From an uncultured Dehalococcoidia bacterium (lineage in GTDB: Bacteria; Chloroflexota; Dehalococcoidia; GIF9; UBA5629): 64,000 bases of DNA. The stretch lies in contig CALJTV010000009.1 in the NCBI GenBank assembly GCA_937975645.1, positions 24,850-88,849 on the forward strand, read 5' to 3'. This document shows positions 19,921 through 29,366 of this stretch, one piece after another. A program made the position numbers and the translations under genes. Each line of letters begins with the position of its first letter. Positions within the stretch are counted from its first letter, which is position 1. Below the pieces are notes generated by a model that was given only the letters and a program-made list of their open reading frames with translations, was not told the origin of the DNA and did not search any database.

Positions 19921-20793
19921 ATGTTGATGACTCTACGGGAAAAGCTCGGCAGTGGTAAATTTGTGGTGACTGCGGAAGTCGGTCCAGCTAAGGGGGTGGA
20001 CACCCATGAGTTTCTAGAGAATGTGGAGTTGCTGAAAAACCGTGTGGATGCAATCAATTGTACTGACCAGCAGAGTGCGGTGATGCGACTTGGTTCGCTA
20101 GCAGGTTGCTACCTTATCAGACAGAAGGGGGGCGAGCCCATCTTTCAGATGACATGTCGCGACCGGAATCGCATTGCCTTACAATCTGACTTGCTAAATG
20201 CCTACGTTTTTGGGATAGAGAACGTCCTGTGTCTCACGGGCGATTTTGTTACACTGGGTGACCATCCGGACGCGAAACCTGTGTTTGACCTCGACTCTGT
20301 ATCACTGCTTTATGCTGCTAAGCAGTTAGAGCAGGGGAAGGACTTGGCGGGAAAAGATCTCACTGGTGCCCCCAGGTTCTTCTTGGGTGCCTGCGTGACG
20401 CCTGGTGCTGAACCGTTGGAGCCGCAGCTCTTGAAAATGGAAAGGAAAGTCAAGGCAGGTGCCAAGTTCTTCCAGACCCAAGCGGTCTATGAACCTAAAA
20501 AGTTTGAGACTTTTATGAAGGAGGCAAGGAAATTTGGGGTACCTGTGCTTGTGGGCATAGTGTTACTGCGGTCAGCAGCGATGGCACGGTTCATGAACAA
20601 AAATGTTGCTGGGATACACGTGCCTGATGAGCTGATTGCAGAAATGGACAGAGCAGAGAATAAGCTGCAGAAGGGTGTTGAGATAGCTGCTCGATTGATC
20701 AGAGAGATGAAGGATATGTGTCAAGGTGTGCATATTATGGCGATCGGGCTAGAGTCGAAAGTCCCTGCTATTCTGGATGCAGCTGGGCTGTAG
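19921..20793 (+). CDS. metF: 5,10-methylenetetrahydrofolate reductase
   Basis: 290 aa MTHFR TIM-barrel (VVTAEVGP...INCTDQQSAVMR...CLTGDF). Confidence 0.85.
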   Translation: MLMTLREKLGSGKFVVTAEVGPAKGVDTHEFLENVELLKNRVDAINCTDQQSAVMRLGSLAGCYLIRQKGGEPIFQMTCRDRNRIALQSDLLNAYVFGIENVLCLTGDFVTLGDHPDAKPVFDLDSVSLLYAAKQLEQGKDLAGKDLTGAPRFFLGACVTPGAEPLEPQLLKMERKVKAGAKFFQTQAVYEPKKFETFMKEARKFGVPVLVGIVLLRSAAMARFMNKNVAGIHVPDELIAEMDRAENKLQKGVEIAARLIREMKDMCQGVHIMAIGLESKVPAILDAAGL

Positions 20794-20829
20794 AGGTGCC
20801 AGATATACTAGGCAACGGTGCAGTGACTG

Positions 20830-21609
20830 GTGCGTATCGTCCGTTTTTGCGTGGCAGGGAAAACGAACTATGGTATTCTTCTCGGTGCTGAAGTGCGGCG
20901 TTTGCGTCGTGACCCGTTCCTTCAGTTTGCATATTCAGACAAGATTTCTTACCTAGATAGTGTTTCCTACCGCTTGGACGATATTCGGTTGCTAGCACCT
21001 TGTACACCCTCGAAGATCGTTTGTCTCGGGCTTAATTATCGGGGACATATCGAGGAGATGGGGTTAGCTGTACCTTCTGTGCCTCTTATCTTTTTGAAGC
21101 CCTCCACTGCCGTTATCGGGCCTAACGAAAGCATTGTTTTGCCGTATGGCTGCCGCCGTGTTGATTATGAGGGTGAGCTCGCTGTTGTTATCGGCAAAAG
21201 AGCAAAGAATGTGCCAGCGGCGAAGGCAGCCGAATATATCCTGGGCTATACCTGCTTTAATGATGTCTCTGACCGTGAGGCGCAGACAGTGGATGGGCAG
21301 TGGACTAGAGCGAAGGGTTATGATACCTTTGCACCCTTGGGTCCATGGATAGAGACGGGTATTTCACCCCACAACCTCAGGTTGGAGACATATGTTAACG
21401 GTGAGCTTAGGCAGTCAGCTTCCACTAGGGAGCTGGTTTTCGGCGTACCAGAACTGGTGAGTTTTATCTCAGACATCATGACACTCCTTCCCGGGGATGT
21501 TATTGCCACAGGTACACCTGCTGGTGTAGGATCTCTCAAACCAGGGGATGTGGTGCAGGTCAAGATCGAAGGTATTGGGGCGTTGACAAACCCAGTTGTC
21601 AACGCTTGA
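20830..21609 (+). CDS. fumarylacetoacetate hydrolase (FAH) family protein
   Basis: FAH-fold signature (VCLGLNYRGH...YEGELAVVIGK...FNDVSDRE...GDVIATGTPAGVG). Confidence 0.8.
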   Translation: MRIVRFCVAGKTNYGILLGAEVRRLRRDPFLQFAYSDKISYLDSVSYRLDDIRLLAPCTPSKIVCLGLNYRGHIEEMGLAVPSVPLIFLKPSTAVIGPNESIVLPYGCRRVDYEGELAVVIGKRAKNVPAAKAAEYILGYTCFNDVSDREAQTVDGQWTRAKGYDTFAPLGPWIETGISPHNLRLETYVNGELRQSASTRELVFGVPELVSFISDIMTLLPGDVIATGTPAGVGSLKPGDVVQVKIEGIGALTNPVVNA

Positions 21610-21636
21610 GTGCTCTGCTGATACGAATGACCTGTG

Positions 21637-21679
21637 TGGTGTCAAGTTTGGTGTCAAGCCATGTGGTAAGTGTGGTAAG
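21637..21679. repeat. clustered short direct repeats upstream of the orphan regulator gene (TGGTGTCAAG x2, period 12; GTGGTAAG x2, period 9)
   Basis: Read directly from the sequence at 21637-21658 and 21663-21679. They lie about 120-165 bp upstream of the CDS starting at 21801. Confidence 0.4.
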
Positions 21680-21800
21680 TATAGGTTTCCGGCTCGAGAA
21701 TGGGGGAGCTTTTGACTTATTTACTATTGAGATGTTAGACTTGCGCTAGGGAACATTTATTGGAGAGTAGCGTAGTAGGGGGCTGTGGGACAGGAGAGCA

Positions 21801-22478
21801 ATGCGCGAGATAAAAGTTTTACTGGCTGGTGGCAAGGAGATTTTTCGTGAAGGGCTGACGAGGCTGCTAAAGGAGCAACCGCATATCAGCGTAGTCTCAC
21901 AGTGCAGCAGCAGGCAGGCGCCGACAAAGGTCAAAGAGACCAAGCCTGACGTGATCATTATAGATACTAACCCTGTTGTAGCGGATGCCTTGATGGCTAC
22001 CAGAAAGATCAGTCGGCTATACCCCAAGACGAAGATAGCTGTTCTCACCGAGGAGGGTAATGAAGGAGAACTTCTGTTCGTTATGGAGCAAGGTGCTCAA
22101 GGATATTTGACTAAGGGTATTTCGGTGGAAGACCTGATCAAGTGTATTGAGCTTATAGCCCGTGGTGAAATTGTGATCACTCCTTTAGCTTCTGCAAGCC
22201 TCCCTAAGGATTTAATTTCTCGGCGTAATGCCAAGGGACGTAAAGATACAGAAGGCAAGCCTTGTCTTTCTAATAGAGAGTTGGAGATTGTAGGTCTGGT
22301 AGCAAACGGGTTGACGAACAAAGAAATAGCCCAAAAGTTGTCCATAACTGACAATACGTCCAAAGTCCATATTAAAAACATCCTTAGCAAACTGCAGTTG
22401 AGGAATCGGCAGCATCTAGCTGCTTATGCTGTGCAGCATGGTCTGGCTACTACATTAAGCGGATCAGACTCCGAATAG
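21801..22478 (+). CDS. LuxR/NarL-family regulator with an atypical receiver domain (acidic pocket DD replaced by GG)
   Basis: C-terminal LuxR HTH (LSNRELEIVGLVANGLTNKEIAQKLSITDNTSKVHIKNILSKL). The N-terminal REC-like fold retains the phospho-acceptor position (IIIDTNP), T (IAVLT) and K (YLTKG), but the N-terminal acidic pair is GG (VLLAGGKE). No kinase gene is adjacent. Confidence 0.8.
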   Translation: MREIKVLLAGGKEIFREGLTRLLKEQPHISVVSQCSSRQAPTKVKETKPDVIIIDTNPVVADALMATRKISRLYPKTKIAVLTEEGNEGELLFVMEQGAQGYLTKGISVEDLIKCIELIARGEIVITPLASASLPKDLISRRNAKGRKDTEGKPCLSNRELEIVGLVANGLTNKEIAQKLSITDNTSKVHIKNILSKLQLRNRQHLAAYAVQHGLATTLSGSDSE

Positions 22479-22632
22479 ATTCAAGCTACCTCTGTACGGG
22501 ATAAGTTTTTGGCAGCGCCGTATGCTAAATTCTCGGTATCCTATCCGAGTATAATTACGGTTGACTGTCATATGATGTAATGCTACAATACGTACTCGGT
22601 TTGCTTTGAGTAATGCGACAAAGGGGGCTCCT

Positions 22633-23511
22633 ATGGTTCTGATCGGTGAAAGTATACACATAATTTCTCGGCGTGTCAGCGAGGCTGTTAGAGACAGGAA
22701 TGCCAGTGTGATTCAAGAGTTAGCTAAGGCGCAGGCTGAGGCGGGAGCTGATTACATAGATCTAAACCTCGGACCAGCGAAGAAAGACCCAGTAGGGATG
22801 ACGGAGTGGTTGGTGAACGTAGTTCAAGAGGTCACTAATTTGCCATTATCTATTGATACACTGAACCCTATAGCGATGGAAGCTGGTTTGAGACTTTGTA
22901 AAAAGCGTCCTTTGCTGAATTCAGCTTCTGGAAGGACTGACAGCAAGGCTGAGATGCTACCCCTGGCTAAAAAATACAATTGCGATGTGGTCATATCGGT
23001 GCTTACTGATAAAGGTTGCCCGCCCGATGTAGATTCCAGAACTGAGAGCATTATGGAGACGGTGGCTTACGCGAATGAGCTTGGAATCCCCAATGAAGAC
23101 ATCTGGGTTGATCCTATTATTCTACCTGTAAGCGCCGACCAGAAGCAGGTGCGAGAAGCACTTGAGTTTATCAAGATACTCCCTGACCTGTTGCCGGGTG
23201 TGAAATCCACGGTAGGTTTGTCGAACGTGTCAAATGGTACCCCAGAGGAGCTCAGGGGTATTCTCAACCGGACTTATATGGTCATGCTGGGGCGGTATGG
23301 ACTTTATTCTGCGATTGCTGACACGTTAGATCATGAGCTGGTCAAGTTGAACAGAGGCGAGCTACCGCACATAGTTGACCTCATTTATAAGGCTATGGAC
23401 AGCGAGCCAATAGACATGTCCTCTCTCTCCAAGCAGGAACAGGACTATGTCAAGACTACCAGGGTATTGATGGGAGAGACACTCTACTCCCATGCCTGGT
23501 TGGAAGCATAA
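22633..23511 (+). CDS. acsE: methyltetrahydrofolate:corrinoid/iron-sulfur protein methyltransferase (AcsE, pterin-binding)
   Basis: Pterin-binding barrel (MVLIGESIHIISRR...GADYIDLNLGP...) like Moorella AcsE. ATG at 22633 follows an AAGGGGG RBS. Confidence 0.85.
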   Translation: MVLIGESIHIISRRVSEAVRDRNASVIQELAKAQAEAGADYIDLNLGPAKKDPVGMTEWLVNVVQEVTNLPLSIDTLNPIAMEAGLRLCKKRPLLNSASGRTDSKAEMLPLAKKYNCDVVISVLTDKGCPPDVDSRTESIMETVAYANELGIPNEDIWVDPIILPVSADQKQVREALEFIKILPDLLPGVKSTVGLSNVSNGTPEELRGILNRTYMVMLGRYGLYSAIADTLDHELVKLNRGELPHIVDLIYKAMDSEPIDMSSLSKQEQDYVKTTRVLMGETLYSHAWLEA

Positions 23512-23533
23512 ATCTTTGAAAAGGAGCTGAGCC

Positions 23534-24439
23534 ATGGAATATAAGGCACCGGTAGAAAGTTATTCTGGAAGGGTGGTGGAGGTAGTTATTGGGAGGGGCG
23601 AAAAGGCACTCAAGATCGGTGGCGAAAATGTTCTACCATTTCATTTTTTTGAGGGGGCGATTGCCAACCCTCCCAGATTAGCCCTGGAGGTGCTCGATAG
23701 TGTTCCGGTGGGCTGGTCGCAATGGGAAGTCAACCCTTATAAAGATGTTGTTTCTGAGCCGGTTCAGTGGGCAAACAGAGCACTAGAACTCGGGGCTGAC
23801 CTCGTCTGCTTGCGTCTAGTGGGCACCGACCCAACAGGTCAGAATGTACCTGGGGATAAGGCTGCTGAGCTGGTGAAAAGTGTGGCTTCAGCAATACGGT
23901 CACCACTCATTGTGTATGGCTCTGGAGACGAGGTCAAGGATGTCGAGGTGCTGACAAAGGTAGCAGAAGTGTGTGCAGGCGAAGCCCTGCTTCTGGGGCC
24001 AGTGGTAAAGGAAAACTATGAGCCTATAAGCAAAGCAGCTCTGGATTATGGTCACTGCATAATTGCGCAGAGTCCACTTGATATAAACCTGGAAAAAGAA
24101 CTGAATGTAAAGCTCCTGAAATCGTTTCCTAGAGAGCGCATAGTGATCGACCCCTTGAGTTCAGCCCTCGGCTACGGTATGGAGTACAGTTTCACCATTA
24201 TGGAGAGGACAAAGCACATCGGCATCATGTTCGGTGATAGCACCATGCAGATGCCCATCATAGCTGACCTTTCTAGTGAGTGTGCCAAGACCAAACAAGC
24301 GAAAGAGAGTGAGAAACAGGGGTTACTCTGGGAGCTCGTCACAGCTATAAGCCTCTTGCTTGCTGGCGCCAATATCGTAGTACTCAGGTTGCCACAGAGC
24401 TTAAAAATATTGAGAGAGGTCCTTGAAGGTAAGTTATAA
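23534..24439 (+). CDS. acsD: corrinoid iron-sulfur protein small subunit (AcsD/CdhD)
   Basis: 301-aa TIM-barrel-like CFeSP small subunit with conserved blocks (LVGTDPTGQ...IVYGSGD...IDPLSSALGYG). Confidence 0.85.
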   Translation: MEYKAPVESYSGRVVEVVIGRGEKALKIGGENVLPFHFFEGAIANPPRLALEVLDSVPVGWSQWEVNPYKDVVSEPVQWANRALELGADLVCLRLVGTDPTGQNVPGDKAAELVKSVASAIRSPLIVYGSGDEVKDVEVLTKVAEVCAGEALLLGPVVKENYEPISKAALDYGHCIIAQSPLDINLEKELNVKLLKSFPRERIVIDPLSSALGYGMEYSFTIMERTKHIGIMFGDSTMQMPIIADLSSECAKTKQAKESEKQGLLWELVTAISLLLAGANIVVLRLPQSLKILREVLEGKL

Positions 24440-24506
24440 AATTGATAATCATTTCTGATTCTGCTAGAATATAATCAGCCCAACCACTGTGGAAAGGAGC
24501 CTCAGC

Positions 24507-26813
24507 ATGAAAGTTGTTGAAAAAAAGAGAACGCGGAAGGACGAGGTATACAAGGTTATTAAGGCTGATGACAAGTGGGAACCGATTGGTCACACACCGA
24601 TGCCCGAGATTCCGGACTTGAGGAACTGGGATCTAAGGTTGCTGAAGACATACAAGCCATTTTACGCTCCGTTCTGTGACTTGTGCTGTTTTTGTACTTA
24701 TGGCAAGTGTGACCTTACTGGTGATAAAAGGGGTGCCTGTGGCATCGACATATCAGCCCAGCAGGCGAGGATAGTATTGTTAGCTTGCTGTATGGGCATG
24801 TCTGCACATGGGGGGCATGCCAGACATGTTCTGCACTACCTCATAGAGAGGCTTGGACCAGATTATAAGATCAATCTGGGCGACCAAATACTCGTGGAGG
24901 CGCCCCATATCCGCACTGTGCTGGGAATGAAACCGGAGACCCTCGGTGATTTGGAAAAGGTGATGGAGTATGCAGAGAGTCAACTTATCCAGTGTGTTTC
25001 CTCGTTGCACACTGGACAGGAGGGCTCGGCACTGGACTACGAGTCTAAGGCGCTGCACATCTCAATGCTTGACCACGTGGTCATGGAGGTTGCTGACATT
25101 GCCCAGATAGTTGGTTTTGGCTACCCCACATCTAAAGCGGACACCCCGCTTGTCGGTCTTGGCTGGGGTGCAGTAGACAGGACAAAACCAGTCATCCTTT
25201 TAGTTGGGCACAATCCGGTGACAGCTGTCCCGATCGTTGATTACCTAAATGAGCATGGACTCGCAGACAAGGTTGAGGTGGCAGGTATTTGTTGTACCGC
25301 CCTTGAGGTGACCCGGTATAGTGAGAGAGCCAAAGTGGTGGGTCCCCTCTCTCGTCAATTATTCTTTGTGCGTTGTGGCATCGCCGATGTAATAGTTACT
25401 GATGAGCAGTGCATCAGGACAGATATGCCGATAGAGGCGGCTAAGGTGGGCTCGGCTTTGATTGCTACTTCAGAGAAGGTTTGTTATGGGCTCGAAGATG
25501 CCAGTAAGAAGGCGGTTGATGAGATAGTTAGTGATATGCTCAACCACAGCAAGCAGGTACTGATACTCGACCCGGAGAAGGCGGCTGAAGTTGCAGTCAG
25601 AGTCGCGCTGGGACTGGCACCAAAAAGGAACAAGGTCCTAGTGAAGCCGGAAGAGGTGCCAGAGCTGGCTAAGGGCCACAGGCTGTGCAATATGTGCAGC
25701 CAGGTGTGCCCGAACCTTCTGCCGGTGGGCGATGCCATCGAGGCAGCCAAGAACGGTAATATTCAGCCGCTTGTAGAGGTCTTTGAAAAGTGTATTGGCT
25801 GTGGCAAATGCGAGCAGGAATGTCCAAGGCACGTGCCCATCTTTAAAATGATGCAGGCAGCAGCAAGCTGGGAGGAGTGGAAGATAAGGGCAGGACGCGG
25901 ACCCATCATGGACACAGAGATCCGGAAAGTGGGTGCCCCGATTGTTCTAGGTACCATCCCCGGCGTTATTGCTATTGTTGGTTGTTCCAACTTTCCGGAG
26001 GAGATTGAGGAGATAGCCGAGATAGCTGAGGAGTTTGCCAAGCGAAAGTATATCGTGGTATTGAGCGGCTGTTCGGCTATGGTGGCGGGGATGAAGAAGG
26101 ACAAGGAAGGCAAGACCCTTTATGAGAAGTACCCCCCCGACTTCGATGCCGGCGGCATAGTCAATGTGGGCTCTTGTGTGGCGAACGCGCACATAACCGG
26201 CGCAGCTATCAAGATTGCCAACATCTTTGCGACGCTTCCACTCAGGGGTAATTATGAGGTTATTGCTGACTACATTCTGAACCGCGTGGGCGCTTGTGGA
26301 CTTGCCTGGGGTGCTTATTCTCAGAAGGCAGCCTCAATTGCCACTGGATGCAACCGTCTGGGTATTCCCGTGGTGGTGGGTCCACATTCCTCCAAATATC
26401 GCAGGCTGTATTTAAGCCGCAAGGAAGAAGATGACTGGACAGTCATGGACGGCAGAGAGAAAAAGTTGGTGGACACCCAGGAACCCTCTCCCGAGCATCT
26501 GATCACAGTTGTGGAATCTAAAGAGAGGGCAATGGTAACGCTGGCTAAACTGTGCATCCGGAAAAACGATACGCCTCAGGGGCGTCAGATCAAATTGACC
26601 CATTATATCGGCCTTCACAAACAGTATCTTGGCACACTGCCCGATGACCTTCATCTTTACATAAGAAGAGCCTCTGATATTCCCATCTTCTTTAAGAAGG
26701 AGGTAACGGCTTATCTGGAAAAGGTGGGCTGGAAGGAGAAACCGGTGCTCAGTCTGCCGACTTTGATCGGGACATATCCTTCCGAGGTGCCCATCGATGC
26801 TGTAGTGCATTAA
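24507..26813 (+). CDS. cdhA: acetyl-CoA decarbonylase/synthase complex alpha subunit (Ni-CODH catalytic subunit, archaeal Cdh type)
   Basis: About 770 aa with N-terminal Cys clusters (CDLCCFCTYGKCDL), an inserted 2x[4Fe-4S] ferredoxin-like domain (CIGCGKCEQECP) and a C-cluster region (VGSCVANAH). An epsilon-subunit gene follows downstream. Confidence 0.9.
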   Translation: MKVVEKKRTRKDEVYKVIKADDKWEPIGHTPMPEIPDLRNWDLRLLKTYKPFYAPFCDLCCFCTYGKCDLTGDKRGACGIDISAQQARIVLLACCMGMSAHGGHARHVLHYLIERLGPDYKINLGDQILVEAPHIRTVLGMKPETLGDLEKVMEYAESQLIQCVSSLHTGQEGSALDYESKALHISMLDHVVMEVADIAQIVGFGYPTSKADTPLVGLGWGAVDRTKPVILLVGHNPVTAVPIVDYLNEHGLADKVEVAGICCTALEVTRYSERAKVVGPLSRQLFFVRCGIADVIVTDEQCIRTDMPIEAAKVGSALIATSEKVCYGLEDASKKAVDEIVSDMLNHSKQVLILDPEKAAEVAVRVALGLAPKRNKVLVKPEEVPELAKGHRLCNMCSQVCPNLLPVGDAIEAAKNGNIQPLVEVFEKCIGCGKCEQECPRHVPIFKMMQAAASWEEWKIRAGRGPIMDTEIRKVGAPIVLGTIPGVIAIVGCSNFPEEIEEIAEIAEEFAKRKYIVVLSGCSAMVAGMKKDKEGKTLYEKYPPDFDAGGIVNVGSCVANAHITGAAIKIANIFATLPLRGNYEVIADYILNRVGACGLAWGAYSQKAASIATGCNRLGIPVVVGPHSSKYRRLYLSRKEEDDWTVMDGREKKLVDTQEPSPEHLITVVESKERAMVTLAKLCIRKNDTPQGRQIKLTHYIGLHKQYLGTLPDDLHLYIRRASDIPIFFKKEVTAYLEKVGWKEKPVLSLPTLIGTYPSEVPIDAVVH

Positions 26814-26834
26814 GTGGAGTTCGAGAGGTAAGTA

Positions 26835-27536
26835 GTGCGTATTTTGATTGCAATCCAGGGGCATTACGGTCAGCGGATTGCCGATAATATTAAAAAGTAT
26901 GCGCCGGCAGACTGGAAGATGTTTGTCCATACCTTGCCGGCTGAGCTACCAAGTATTATTGATGACGCAGAGCAGTTCTTGCCTAAGGAGCTACCTCAGG
27001 TTGATCTGCTGATATCTTTGGGAGAACATCCTGGCGTTGCCCAGATGATCCCAGACCTAGTTATTAGAAGCGGCGCCAAGGCAGTCATCGCACCTGCGGA
27101 CAATCGTGCCTGGTTGCCCCCGGGGTTAGCCAAACAGATAAAGAAAAAACTGGTTTCCCTGGGAACAGAGATGGTGTATCCGGTGCCGTTTTGTACGTTA
27201 ACAGAAAGGGATGCTCAGAGTCCCTACATCCGTGAGTTTGCCAGGTATTTTGGTAGACCGGTGGTGGAGATTGAGATGGATAGGGATAGGGTGAGGCATA
27301 TGAGTGTAGTCAGGGGGGCTCCCTGTGGCTGTACGCCGTATGTAACGGAGGGGTTGGTCGGGGTCTGGGAAAGAGACGCAGTAGAGAAAGCGGGGCTTTT
27401 ACACCATCAATATCCCTGCTTGGCGACGATGGCCATGGATCAGGAATTTGGTGATACTTTAATGCACCGTGCTGGTTTAATGACCAAGCTGGCGGTTGAG
27501 AATGCCTTGAAAGCTGCCAAGGTAGCACAATTATAG
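26835..27536 (+). CDS. conserved hypothetical protein embedded between cdhA and cdhB (possibly DUF166-like)
   Basis: 233 aa. GTG start at 26835 after a GAGAGG RBS. Contains CGC and PC motifs (RGAPCGCTPY, HHQYPCLA). It is tightly packed in the operon (21 nt after cdhA, 11 nt before cdhB). The family assignment is tentative and from memory. Confidence 0.6.
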   Translation: MRILIAIQGHYGQRIADNIKKYAPADWKMFVHTLPAELPSIIDDAEQFLPKELPQVDLLISLGEHPGVAQMIPDLVIRSGAKAVIAPADNRAWLPPGLAKQIKKKLVSLGTEMVYPVPFCTLTERDAQSPYIREFARYFGRPVVEIEMDRDRVRHMSVVRGAPCGCTPYVTEGLVGVWERDAVEKAGLLHHQYPCLATMAMDQEFGDTLMHRAGLMTKLAVENALKAAKVAQL

Positions 27537-27547
27537 TAAGGAGGCTT

Positions 27548-28105
27548 GTGATGACTATGACTTTGCCGTATCACCGGGTCAATGTATTGACTGGCACCAA
27601 GGCAGCCAGGATTATCGAGGACCCGAGTGAGTATGCCCATTTGATCAAGCGCGCCAGCAGGCCGCTGCTTGTCCTCGGACCCAGAATTTTGACCATGTCT
27701 CTCGGTGAAAGACTGCTTGCGGAGTATGCAGTGGAAATTGCCAAGGCTGCAGACATACCTATCTGTGCTACGGCTCATACCCAGAAGAAATTACTGGAGC
27801 TGGGTGTACAGCCAGCCAGCAACTATGACCTTATTGAGATAATCAATCATCTTAAAGACCCTGAATGGCGCGGGGTCAAGAAAGAGGGTAACCACGATCT
27901 TGTCATATTCCTCGGTGTTAGGACCGATCTTGGTGAGCAGGGGCTATCCACATTGAAACATTTTGCGCCACACCTCAAAACGATGACGTTATGCAAGTAC
28001 TACTATCCAAATGCCAGTTACTCCCTTCCTAACTTCCGCAAGGACGAGCAATGGAAGGAGTTCTTGGACAAATTGATAGAAAATCTCAAAACGAAGGAGG
28101 CGTAA
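27548..28105 (+). CDS. cdhB: acetyl-CoA decarbonylase/synthase complex epsilon subunit
   Basis: 185 aa with size and position typical of CdhB. A strong AAGGAGG RBS precedes the start. It is directly followed by cdhC, whose start (28108) is 2 nt after the cdhB stop. Confidence 0.75.
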   Translation: MMTMTLPYHRVNVLTGTKAARIIEDPSEYAHLIKRASRPLLVLGPRILTMSLGERLLAEYAVEIAKAADIPICATAHTQKKLLELGVQPASNYDLIEIINHLKDPEWRGVKKEGNHDLVIFLGVRTDLGEQGLSTLKHFAPHLKTMTLCKYYYPNASYSLPNFRKDEQWKEFLDKLIENLKTKEA

Positions 28106-28107
28106 AG

Positions 28108-29334
28108 ATGGCAGGTATTTTCCCCGTAGATGTTGGTCCTCAGTATGAGGGCGAGGTTATCAGAAAAGCTGACCTTTATGTTGAGTTCGGAGGGCCGAAC
28201 GTAAGGAGCAAGTTTGAGCTGGTCACTTTGAAGGGGCTGGATGAGGTGGACAATGAAAAAATAGAGGTAATCGGTCCAGATATGAAGGATATGCAGGAAG
28301 GTGGTAGTTATCCCCTAGGTTTGATGATAGACGTCGCTGGCGAGAAGCTAGAAAAAGATATGGAACCGGTTCTGGAGAGGCGGATACACCTCTATGCTAA
28401 CTATATCGAAGGCTTGTACCATATGAACCAGAGGGACGACATTTGGGTTAGGATAAGCAAGGATTCTTATAACAAGGGGCTCAATTCGCTGGAGGAGATA
28501 GGCAAGATATTGATGTTCCTCTTTACCTCCGAGCTCGATGTAATTGAGAAAATCTCTATAACTTTTGTCACCGATGAGAAGAAGGTCGAAGAACTCATAA
28601 CCAAAGCCAGAGAGATCTATAAGGCTAGAGACGAAAGGGCAAGAGGTTTAAGGGAGGAAGATGTGGAGGAGTTTTACAGTTGTGCCCTTTGCCAGAGCTT
28701 TGCCCCTACTCATATATGCATCGCTACTCCGGAGCGCGTGGCAAACTGTGGTGCGATAAGCTGGTTTGATGGCAGGGCTGCTTATAAGCTCGACCCCGAG
28801 GGACCGGTGCAGGAGGTCAAGAAGGGCGACTGTCTTGACCCGATAAGGGGCGAATATAGCGGTTGCAACGAGCTGGCAGCGGTGAAGTCCATGGGGACCT
28901 ACAACCGCGTCTATCTGCACAGTGCTTTTGAGCATCCGCACACGTCCTGTGGTTGTTTTCAGGCTATCTGGTTCTATATCCCTGAGGTCGATGCTTTTGG
29001 GCTGGTGCACCGCGATTTTGCTGGTCCTACTGTGGTCGGTGTGCCTTTTTCTACCATGGCGGCAGATACCAGTGGTGGCAGACAGGTTGAAGGGTTCCTC
29101 GGTATGGCTCTAGAGTATTTGAGGTCACCGAAATTCCTTCAGGCTGACGGGGGTATCAGGCGGTGTGTCTGGATGCCCAAGGAGATAAAAGAGAAGTATC
29201 GGGATGCCATCCCGGAGGATCTTTTCGATAAAATAGCTACCGAGGAGGATGTCAAAAACGTTGATGAACTGGTGGAGTTCCTCAATCGAGTAGAACATCC
29301 TTGGGTAAAGGGTGAAGTTGAGCTACCCACATAA
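28108..29334 (+). CDS. cdhC: acetyl-CoA synthase catalytic (A-cluster) subunit, short archaeal-type CdhC
   Basis: Carries the A-cluster ligand region (ALCQSFAPTHICIATPERVANCG ... HTSCGCFQAIWFY). It is about 410 aa, the length of archaeal CdhC rather than the roughly 730-aa bacterial AcsB. Confidence 0.9.
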   Translation: MAGIFPVDVGPQYEGEVIRKADLYVEFGGPNVRSKFELVTLKGLDEVDNEKIEVIGPDMKDMQEGGSYPLGLMIDVAGEKLEKDMEPVLERRIHLYANYIEGLYHMNQRDDIWVRISKDSYNKGLNSLEEIGKILMFLFTSELDVIEKISITFVTDEKKVEELITKAREIYKARDERARGLREEDVEEFYSCALCQSFAPTHICIATPERVANCGAISWFDGRAAYKLDPEGPVQEVKKGDCLDPIRGEYSGCNELAAVKSMGTYNRVYLHSAFEHPHTSCGCFQAIWFYIPEVDAFGLVHRDFAGPTVVGVPFSTMAADTSGGRQVEGFLGMALEYLRSPKFLQADGGIRRCVWMPKEIKEKYRDAIPEDLFDKIATEEDVKNVDELVEFLNRVEHPWVKGEVELPT

Positions 29335-29366
29335 TGTGTAAGTTTACGTAACACTAGGAGGTAGAT

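Noticed and set aside
21746-22415. Minus-strand ORFs overlapping the LuxR-type regulator (21746..22048, 22097..22390, 22212..22415).
   Set aside because: They are antisense to a CDS with a clear HTH signature. They lack RBSs.
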